Part shown: positions 1 to 8,437 of the stretch, piece after piece
Layout: the number at the start of each line of letters is the position of its first letter
How positions within the stretch are numbered: the stretch's first letter is position 1
Source of the DNA: Candidatus Binataceae bacterium
Lineage (GTDB): Bacteria > Desulfobacterota > Binatia > Binatales > Binataceae
Reading direction: 5' to 3'
Assembly (NCBI GenBank): GCA_050736715.1
Contig: JBOHWK010000169.1
Location: 73-64,072, forward strand
Length of the DNA stretch: 64,000 bases
The notes under the pieces: generated by a model
The model's database searches: none
What the model saw: only the letters and a program-made list of their open reading frames with translations
Told to the model about the DNA's origin: nothing
Translations under genes and position numbers: made by a program

Positions 1-549
1 CATCACGAGGCGCTCCGCGAGGCGCTTTATCGCACCGACAGAAGAATCGGCATAATAATCGATCTGCTAAAGCGGCGCGGACTTTACGATTCCACCCTGT
101 TCATCGTCACGTCGGACCACGGGATGGCGGCGCAGCGCGTCGAACTCAAGGCGAATCCCGCGCGCGAACCGCTCAAGGCGGGAATCCGGGGCGTCTTCGC
201 CGAGCCGATGATTTATCTGCGCGACCTGCGCGTCGAATTGGAACGCACGCGCGATCTGCGCAATCTGCGCGTCACCGTGCTCGACAACGATCATCTGCCC
301 GAAGGCGATCATCCGCCGATCGCCGGCGCGCGCATCGCCGTAGAAGCGCCGGCCGGCGCGATTGTCGCGGAAGCGACAACGCCGGACAGCGGCATGATTG
401 CGATTCCGACGCCGCCCGATCTCAATGACGTGGAATTGACGGTGCGCGTCGAGCATCCCGATTTCAACCCGCGAACGATTCGCGGGGACGGCGCGCCGCT
501 TGGCCCCGATTTGCGCGCGATTCTCTACGGCAACGGCGCCGGCCGATGA
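1..549 (+). CDS. 3' fragment (the 5' end lies outside the window) of an alkaline-phosphatase-superfamily enzyme (nucleotide pyrophosphatase/phosphodiesterase-like)
   Basis: Frame 1 reads through from base 1 (HHEALREALYRTDRRIGIIIDLLKRRGLYDSTLFIVTSDHGM...); TSDHGM is the typical metal-ligand motif of the AlkP/NPP family; stop at 549. Confidence 0.5.
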   Translation, partial: HHEALREALYRTDRRIGIIIDLLKRRGLYDSTLFIVTSDHGMAAQRVELKANPAREPLKAGIRGVFAEPMIYLRDLRVELERTRDLRNLRVTVLDNDHLPEGDHPPIAGARIAVEAPAGAIVAEATTPDSGMIAIPTPPDLNDVELTVRVEHPDFNPRTIRGDGAPLGPDLRAILYGNGAGR

Positions 550-620
550 AACGAAAGATTACCGTCCAGGTCCGGGGCTGGGTTACCATATGCACGAACA
601 ATTTAATCGGGGTGTGAACC

Positions 621-878
621 ATGGCTGCCGTATCCAAGAAGCTCGAAGATGAGGCGATGAGGCTTCCAGCGCGTTCGCGGGCGCGCTTGGCGGAGCGATT
701 GCTCGCCAGCTTGGACGAGACCGGTCCTGAGAGAAGCCGAAGGAAAGCCGCCGATCCGTATGCCGGGGAATTGTGGATCGCCGAAGCGGAGCGGCGCGCG
801 GAAGAACTCGCCAGCGGCAAGGTCAGGGGAATACCCGCCGGGAAAGCGGTAAGCAGGGCGCGCGCGGCGCTTCGGTGA
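621..878 (+). CDS. type II antitoxin, putative addiction-module component (TIGR02574-like)
   Basis: 85 aa; AGELWIAEAERRAEELASGKV C-terminal motif typical of this antitoxin family; stop overlaps the downstream toxin start (GTGA). Confidence 0.6.
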   Translation: MAAVSKKLEDEAMRLPARSRARLAERLLASLDETGPERSRRKAADPYAGELWIAEAERRAEELASGKVRGIPAGKAVSRARAALR

Positions 879-1180
879 CCGCGGCGGTTTTTCACCCCTT
901 GGCCGAGCGGGAACTTGTCGAGTCAGCCAAATTTTACGAGCTGAGCGCAGCCGGACTGGGGGAAGATTTCATCGGGCAGGTGGAGCGCACGCTGGCTAGG
1001 ATTGCCGCCAATCCCGAAGCCGGAAGCCCGCTCACCAAGACGATCCGGCGCCAGCTTGTCCGGCGCTTCCCATTCGCGATTTTGTACCAGCCCAAGCCGG
1101 CGGGATTATTCGTGGTCGCAGTTATGCACGTGCGCCGCCGGCCCGGCTATTGGAAGGGCCGGCTGCACGCGAAACAGTGA
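875..1180 (+). CDS. RelE/ParE-family toxin (plasmid stabilisation system protein)
   Basis: GTG at 875 overlapping the antitoxin stop; ~101 aa; ...RRFPFAILYQPKPAGLFVVAVMHVRRRP resembles the RelE/ParE C-terminus. Confidence 0.6.
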   Translation: MTAAVFHPLAERELVESAKFYELSAAGLGEDFIGQVERTLARIAANPEAGSPLTKTIRRQLVRRFPFAILYQPKPAGLFVVAVMHVRRRPGYWKGRLHAKQ

Positions 1181-1358
1181 AGATAGCCGCGCGCCTTGGA
1201 CGGCGTACAGAGCGGAATAATTTCGCCGGCGGCGCGTTAGCTTTCCTGCCGGCCCGCTATGACTCGGACGGCGGCCTGCTCCATCCCCCCGCCAATAAGG
1301 AGCACGCCGCCAAGCGTCAGGAATGCGAGCGCCGGGGGATCGATTTTGGCCGCCTTGA

Positions 1359-2822
<1,464 letters not shown>

Positions 2823-2831
2823 CGATCCACG

Positions 2832-3254
2832 ATGGCTGACGCATTCCAATTCCGGCTGATCACGCCGGCCGGAGTGGTCTTTTCCGGCGATGCCGATCGG
2901 GTGTCCGCCACGGGCGCGCTCGGCGATTTTGGGGTGCTGCCGGCGCACGCGAATTTCATCACCGCGCTCGCTCCTGGATTCCTTGAAGTGAAGCTGCCCG
3001 GCGGCGCGGCGCAATCGTGGGTCGTTTCCGGCGGCTTGGCGGAAGTCAAAGACGGCGCGATGACGGTGCTGGCGAACGGGACGGAATTGCCCGATAACGT
3101 CGATGGGGAAGCGGCCGCCAAGGACGAAAAAGAGGCCGGCGCGGCGCTCGCGCGGAAAAGCACCTACGATCCCGATTACCCGGCCGCTCTTGAAGCGTTG
3201 CAACTCGCCCGCGCCCGGATGCGGGCCGCGGCGCTCAAATCTGCCGCGCGCTGA
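2832..3254 (+). CDS. atpC: F0F1 ATP synthase subunit epsilon
   Basis: 140 aa immediately after atpD; N-terminal beta-sandwich motif FRLITPAGVVFSGDADRVSATGALGDFGVLPAHA. Confidence 0.9.
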   Translation: MADAFQFRLITPAGVVFSGDADRVSATGALGDFGVLPAHANFITALAPGFLEVKLPGGAAQSWVVSGGLAEVKDGAMTVLANGTELPDNVDGEAAAKDEKEAGAALARKSTYDPDYPAALEALQLARARMRAAALKSAAR

Positions 3255-3467
3255 TCAGTCCGCCATCCACCAGCGCCGGACGGCGACCAGGGACCAGACT
3301 CCCTCGACCAGCCCGAACGGCCACGCGCCTTGAAGAAATCCATAAGCGGACCCCAGCACGCATGCTCCCGCGAACGCCAGAATGAACCACGGGCTGCGGC
3401 CTTCCAGCGCATAGCACACCATCATCGCCGTCACCGCAAACAGACCGAAAAGCGTGAGTCCGCTCAT
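3255..3467 (-). CDS. small hydrophobic membrane protein (2 predicted TM helices), hypothetical
   Basis: ATG at 3467 (revcomp of cat 3465-3467) preceded by GGAGG; 70 aa MSGLTLFGLFAVTAMMVCYALEGRSPWFILAFAGACVLGSAYGFLQG...; the longer upstream-extended ORF in the track lacks an RBS. Confidence 0.4.
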   Translation of the reverse strand: MSGLTLFGLFAVTAMMVCYALEGRSPWFILAFAGACVLGSAYGFLQGAWPFGLVEGVWSLVAVRRWWMAD

Positions 3468-3542
3468 ACGCCTCCAAAGGTGGCAGATTGCCGGAAGCCG
3501 GGCCAGCGAGAAGATGCCGCCCCGCTCGATTTTGCAAATTGA

Positions 3543-3571
3543 TTGACAGGGCCGGTGGCGGGGCGATAAAA
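3543..3571 (+). promoter_or_regulatory. candidate sigma70-type promoter for the cytochrome cluster (TTGACA-N17-ATAAAA)
   Basis: TTGACA at 3543-3548, 17-nt spacer, A/T-rich -10-like hexamer 3566-3571, ~70 nt upstream of the first cytochrome gene. Confidence 0.3.
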
Positions 3572-3643
3572 AGCGGCTGCCAGTTGTTGGATCGGTCCGC
3601 AAGCGGAGGAGCGCGATAATTCGCGCGCGGGCCGAATCGCAGC

Positions 3644-5254
3644 GTGGCGTGGGAGGACGCATCGAAATTGAAGCGGTTGGGTGGTATCGCCCGAATCGTG
3701 GCCGCGATTGCCGCAATGGTGGCTGTCGCGGGATGCGGTTATGCGCCGGGGTTTACCCGGCTGTCAAAAATCGAGCAGCCGAAACCGAAGAAATCGACGT
3801 TCTTCCTCGCTTCCGCCCACTGCCAATTGTGCCATCCCGCGGAGTACGAGGAATGGCGCACCTCGATGCATGCGTATGCGCAGCACAGCCCCGTCTTTCT
3901 CTCGTTCAACGATTTCGTCCTCAAATCGAGCGGCGGGTCGCTGGGCGATTTTTGCGAACGCTGCCATACCCCCGTCGGGATGTCGTCGGGCGAAAGCCCG
4001 GTCGAGCCTAATTCCAAGCGATCCGAAGCCGCCCTCGACAGCGTCGGCTGCATCGCGTGCCACTCGGAGCACACCAATAACGCCGAAGCGTCCGGGGTAA
4101 TCCATGTTCCGGTAAACGGCGACAGCGAACCAATTATTTACGGACCCTACTACGGCTACGACGAGCCGGGCGCGCCCAAGAATCCGGCGATGCGCCTGAT
4201 CAAAACGCCCCACGAATCGCGCCATTCCGACTATTTCACCCACGCGCGATTGTGCGCGGCCTGCCATGACGTGTTCTCGCCCGACGGCTTCCGAATCGAG
4301 GAAGCGTACAGCGAATGGAAGAACGGCCCCTACGCGCGGCGCGGCATCCAATGCGAGAACTGCCACATGGGGCCGATTCCCGGCAAACCGTTCGCGCGGA
4401 CGGAATTCACCCGCGACTACATAGTCGATCCCAATCTCTTTCCCAACGCGCCGAAGCGGTACCGCTCCAACCATCGTTTCACCGGTCCCGACTATTCCCT
4501 GCTCGCGGCGTTCGGACAGAATGCGCTCTCGCTCGACAGCGCGTCGTTCAAGAAATTGGAGGCGCAACTCGAAACCCAGCGGGAGACGTTGTTGCGCAAT
4601 GCCGCCACGATGCGGGTGAAGCTGCCCGGCGGCGTGACGGCGGGAGCGGCGCTGCCGATTACGGTCGCGGTGACCAATTCGGGTGCGGGGCATAATCTTC
4701 CGACCGGATTCGCGGCGGAGCGGCAATTGTGGCTCGAGGTGATCGTCACCGACTCAACCGGAAGGCAAATCTTCATCTCCGGCAACACCGATGAAAACGG
4801 CGACCTGCTCGATCCCGACAGCGAGGAAGTCCGCGCGGGCAAGCTGCCGATCGATTTGGACCTATTCAACCTCGAGGCGCAATTCATCAATCTCGATTTC
4901 AAGGGCACCGATGCCGAGAACATCAGCACCGTCAACCGCTTCCTCGACCCGGTTCCGTTCGTGACCCCTCCCCAGACCCCATCCCTCATCAACGGAAATG
5001 TTCCGGCGGGCCGCATCTTCAAGCGCGGAATCCCGCCGCTGGAGACGCGGACGGCGGACTACCGGGTGGAGGTTCCATGGGACGCGGCGGGTCCGCTGAC
5101 CGTATCGGTTCGGCTGCGCTACCGGAATTTGCCGCCCCATCTGCTCGCCGAACTCGGCATCCCGAAATATCGAGCGAAGCTAAGAGTCGTGGACTTGGCC
5201 ACGTTCAAGAAACAGGTTGCGATCGATTCGGCCGCGGTCTCCAGCGCGCGTTGA
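3644..5254 (+). CDS. pentaheme c-type cytochrome, predicted lipoprotein
   Basis: GTG start; signal peptide ending in lipobox VAGC; five CXXCH (CQLCH, CERCH, CIACH, CAACH, CENCH) in the first ~240 aa followed by a ~300-aa non-heme domain. Confidence 0.8.
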   Translation: MAWEDASKLKRLGGIARIVAAIAAMVAVAGCGYAPGFTRLSKIEQPKPKKSTFFLASAHCQLCHPAEYEEWRTSMHAYAQHSPVFLSFNDFVLKSSGGSLGDFCERCHTPVGMSSGESPVEPNSKRSEAALDSVGCIACHSEHTNNAEASGVIHVPVNGDSEPIIYGPYYGYDEPGAPKNPAMRLIKTPHESRHSDYFTHARLCAACHDVFSPDGFRIEEAYSEWKNGPYARRGIQCENCHMGPIPGKPFARTEFTRDYIVDPNLFPNAPKRYRSNHRFTGPDYSLLAAFGQNALSLDSASFKKLEAQLETQRETLLRNAATMRVKLPGGVTAGAALPITVAVTNSGAGHNLPTGFAAERQLWLEVIVTDSTGRQIFISGNTDENGDLLDPDSEEVRAGKLPIDLDLFNLEAQFINLDFKGTDAENISTVNRFLDPVPFVTPPQTPSLINGNVPAGRIFKRGIPPLETRTADYRVEVPWDAAGPLTVSVRLRYRNLPPHLLAELGIPKYRAKLRVVDLATFKKQVAIDSAAVSSAR

Positions 5255-5260
5255 GCCGCG

Positions 5261-6706
5261 ATGCGAGTGCGACGGGTGCCAATTTCCGCAATCAGAAAGG
5301 CGAAAGCCGCCGCGATAATTTTCGCGATGATTATGCTCGCGCCGGCCGGCGCGGCGGCGTTTACGGTATTCGGCGCCGATTTCATCTCGCCGGGACAGGT
5401 CCCGGATTCAAATTGGACGCTGTTCGGAGAGACGCTCAATCCGCGCCTCGACGTGGACGGCGACATCCGGATTCAATTCAACAACTACCGGCTCGGAGCT
5501 CCGGCGCCGCCGCCATCCAGCGGCATCGCCTTCCTCTATTCGCCGCCACCGCCGGTCATTACGGGTCAGACGTTCGGGCAATTCGTGCCGGAAGCCGACT
5601 TTGAAGCGAATCTGCAATTGACCGCGACGCAGCGGATTAACGTGCTGTTCCGGCCGTTCGAGGGTGGCGATCGCGAGCCGACGATTTGCGAATTTGCCGC
5701 GCCGAAAAAAGGCTGCACGTTTCAGGAGGAAGCCGCCCCCGCCGCGCTGTATTACGAGGGCCAGCCGTTCAACTGGCTAAGTCCCACCGACCGGCTGCCG
5801 CTGGACTTCAATGTTGCGGTGGGGCGGATTCCGTTCGTGCTGCAGAATGGCCTGTTCTTCGAGAACATCTTCGACGGCTTCGCGATCTCCAAGAACAATA
5901 TCCAGTTGGGCGACCTGTCGAATTTGAACGTAATCTACTTTCTGACTCTCGGAGAGACGCAGGGCGGCGTGAATTTCCGCGACGAGCAGCAGCAGCGGAA
6001 GAAGCTGATGGGCGGGTCGGTCGATTTCGACTGGTTCGATTATTTCTTCGAGGCCGAGTACGCACGCAGCTACGGCAACAATCCGATTCCGGGCGACGGC
6101 GCCGATCTGAACCGGAGTTTCATGGCGGCTTCCGTGACCCGCAATTTCGGCGGAGAGGCCGGCGCCACGCTGCGCGCGCTGGGAAATACCGGGAATGCGA
6201 CTAGCGGCGCGGGAGGGCTGTTCGCGTTCGAGTTCAACAAATTGGTTGGCCCGGCGCAGGGCTACGTCAATGTCTTCGGCGCCACGCAAAACTGGCTTCC
6301 GCTATCGGTGGAAGGATCGGCGCTGACCCGCGAGGGAATCCTGTTCGACTTCGACCGGCTGGCGAATTTTCCCCAGCTCAATCCGCGCGGTTCCAACAGC
6401 ATCGGCGGCGCAATCGGAGCGATATTCTGGCCCAAAGCCCAAACCACCTACACGCCGGAAATCGGCTGGCTCATCGACAACAAACCCAATAACAGCAACG
6501 ACCAGATCGGCGCCGCCTTCGAGATTCAGTCGGACTTGGCCTCGCTCCTGATTCCCGGCGACGCGCCGGCGGAACTCCAGCGGCGCGGGCTATTGTATGG
6601 CACGCTCGCGCGGCTTACCTTTACTGGGATACAAAACATGAACCGCGGAGTGGCGGGCGAGCGGTTCGATTACGGGGAGCGCTTGGAGTTAATCTACCAG
6701 TTCTGA
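5261..6706 (+). CDS. outer-membrane beta-barrel protein (porin-like), no heme motif
   Basis: Starts 6 nt after the lipoprotein cytochrome; Sec signal peptide (AAIIFAMIMLAPAGAAAF); Gly/Asn/Tyr-rich alternating pattern; C-terminal ...LELIYQF with terminal Phe typical of OM beta-barrels. Confidence 0.55.
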   Translation: MRVRRVPISAIRKAKAAAIIFAMIMLAPAGAAAFTVFGADFISPGQVPDSNWTLFGETLNPRLDVDGDIRIQFNNYRLGAPAPPPSSGIAFLYSPPPPVITGQTFGQFVPEADFEANLQLTATQRINVLFRPFEGGDREPTICEFAAPKKGCTFQEEAAPAALYYEGQPFNWLSPTDRLPLDFNVAVGRIPFVLQNGLFFENIFDGFAISKNNIQLGDLSNLNVIYFLTLGETQGGVNFRDEQQQRKKLMGGSVDFDWFDYFFEAEYARSYGNNPIPGDGADLNRSFMAASVTRNFGGEAGATLRALGNTGNATSGAGGLFAFEFNKLVGPAQGYVNVFGATQNWLPLSVEGSALTREGILFDFDRLANFPQLNPRGSNSIGGAIGAIFWPKAQTTYTPEIGWLIDNKPNNSNDQIGAAFEIQSDLASLLIPGDAPAELQRRGLLYGTLARLTFTGIQNMNRGVAGERFDYGERLELIYQF

Positions 6707-6719
6707 GGGAGGAGCGAAG

Positions 6720-7082
6720 ATGATTAAGCAAAGTCTAATTTTGGCTGCCGCGGCCGTGCTCGCGATGCCGGCCGCGTCCGCGTTTGCCGCGGGAAACGCC
6801 GCCGCCGGCGCCGCAGTCGCCGCCAAGAAATGCGCGGGATGCCATGGCGCGACAGGCGCGGGCAACGGTCCGGAGTTGCAGATGCTGAATGTCACCGTCC
6901 CGCCGGTTCCCTGGACGGACAAGGCGAAGATGTCCAAGTTCAGCGACGCCTATCTCACCAAGATCGTCACCGATGGTGGCCGCGCGGTCGGAAAAGGGCC
7001 GCTGATGGCGCCGTTCAAGGGCAAGCTTACCGCCGCGCAGATAAGCGACGCGATCGCCTACATCAGGTCGCTCGCGAAATAG
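6720..7082 (+). CDS. monoheme class I cytochrome c (c55x/c6-like), periplasmic
   Basis: 120 aa; signal peptide; single CAGCH heme site; downstream Met-rich loop (GPLMAPFKG) typical of a Met sixth ligand. Confidence 0.8.
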   Translation: MIKQSLILAAAAVLAMPAASAFAAGNAAAGAAVAAKKCAGCHGATGAGNGPELQMLNVTVPPVPWTDKAKMSKFSDAYLTKIVTDGGRAVGKGPLMAPFKGKLTAAQISDAIAYIRSLAK

Positions 7083-7099
7083 AATCCGGCGGTGCGGGA

Positions 7100-7798
7100 G
7101 TGAAAGCTAATCCGCTCGACAGCGCATTCGCGTTTCTGAAGATCGGCCATCAACAGGGCGAGCAATGGGGCACAGCGCTCGATTGGGCGATTATCTTCAC
7201 GCTGGTCCTGAGCGCATCGATCATCGTCCTCGTAATGGTCAGCCGAGCCGCATACCGGGGACGGCAGGAACAGCCCCCGGCGATTTGGCTGAACGTGCTC
7301 GCATTGGGCATATTCCCCGTGCTGCTCCTATTTTTCGGAAATTTCGCTGTATTCAGCTACGCGGAGCAGGAGCAATTTTGCGCATCATGCCATCTCACGA
7401 TGCAGCCGTACATCAATGACATCGACAATCCAAGCAGCAAAAGCCTGGCCGCCTGGCACCATCAGAACCACTTTTCGCCGGGCGGCGAGGAGGCCTGCTA
7501 CACCTGCCACGCCGACTACGGAATTCACGGCACCTTCAGGGCCAAACTGTCGGGCCTGCACGACGCGTATGCGTATGCAACGCACACCTATCGTCTGCCG
7601 ATTAAGCTCAGGAGGCCATTCAGGAACAGCCTGTGCTTAAAGTGCCATAACAGCACCAGGCTGTTCATGGCGGTCGATTCGCACTTGGGCGAGGACAACA
7701 AGGTTTCGAGCGCAATTTTGGACAATTCGCTGCAGTGCACGGTCTGCCACGGCCCCGCGCACCGGCTCGAACAATTTAAGAAGGCGGCGAAAACTTAG
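7100..7798 (+). CDS. NapC/NirT/NrfH-family membrane-anchored tetraheme cytochrome c (quinol dehydrogenase)
   Basis: GTG at 7100 preceded by GGGAG; one N-terminal TM helix (WAIIFTLVLSASIIVLVMV) then four CXXCH (CASCH, CYTCH, CLKCH, CTVCH); ~230 aa, the family's architecture. Confidence 0.8.
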   Translation: MKANPLDSAFAFLKIGHQQGEQWGTALDWAIIFTLVLSASIIVLVMVSRAAYRGRQEQPPAIWLNVLALGIFPVLLLFFGNFAVFSYAEQEQFCASCHLTMQPYINDIDNPSSKSLAAWHHQNHFSPGGEEACYTCHADYGIHGTFRAKLSGLHDAYAYATHTYRLPIKLRRPFRNSLCLKCHNSTRLFMAVDSHLGEDNKVSSAILDNSLQCTVCHGPAHRLEQFKKAAKT

Positions 7799-7800
7799 CC

Positions 7801-8346
7801 ATGCCCAGTCTTCAAGTCCGAAGAGGTAATTGGCCGCCGCGATTGCTCACCGCGGCGCAGATAATGGCCGGGCTCGTCGCGCTGATCGTGCTATTCGCGA
7901 CTTTGACCCTGAATCCATTTCTGATTCTCGGTTTCACATTCCTTGAGGTTCTGCTTCCGATCGCCGTGGTGTGCTTCTTTGTCGTGGCAGTCGCTTCGCT
8001 CCATCCCACGATTACCGAATTTTTCGAACCGGGGGACGTAATCTTTGAGGAGGGGACGGAGGGAAGACACCTCTACTTGATTAAAAAAGGCCGCGTTGAA
8101 CTCCTTAAAAAGAACCCGGAAGGAGCCTTCGAAGTCGTCTCACAGCTGAGCGAAGGACAGCGTTTCGGCTACGCCGCGATCTTCCATCGCCTCCACCGCA
8201 TCTATACCGCTCGCGCGGCCGGCAAATGCGAAGTTGTGAAGATGACACCCGCCGGATTCTTTGCGTCGGTCGAACCCGCCGAAGCGGAACGCATCCTCCA
8301 GTTTGGCGCCGCGCTGACGCTCGAACAGGGAAAGCCGAATCAGTGA
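7801..8346 (+). CDS. membrane protein with a C-terminal cyclic-nucleotide-binding (CAP-family) domain
   Basis: Two predicted TM helices followed by GDVIFEEGTEGRHLYLIKKGRVEL...GYAAIF, matching the cNMP-binding beta-roll signature; 2 nt after the NapC-like gene. Confidence 0.65.
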   Translation: MPSLQVRRGNWPPRLLTAAQIMAGLVALIVLFATLTLNPFLILGFTFLEVLLPIAVVCFFVVAVASLHPTITEFFEPGDVIFEEGTEGRHLYLIKKGRVELLKKNPEGAFEVVSQLSEGQRFGYAAIFHRLHRIYTARAAGKCEVVKMTPAGFFASVEPAEAERILQFGAALTLEQGKPNQ

Positions 8347-8437
8347 CTGTTCCATGCCGGCGGATTCCTTTCGCTTGCCGATCCGCCAGCAAATTGAGTA
8401 GAGTTGGCGACGATTTGCCGATCGGGGGAAGAATGTC

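Noticed and set aside
6830-7798. 322-aa ORF version of the NapC-like gene starting inside the monoheme cytochrome gene
   Set aside because: The upstream 90 codons overlap the monoheme gene out of frame and are Arg-rich junk. A GTG at 7100 with a GGGAG RBS, directly before the TM helix, is the sensible start.
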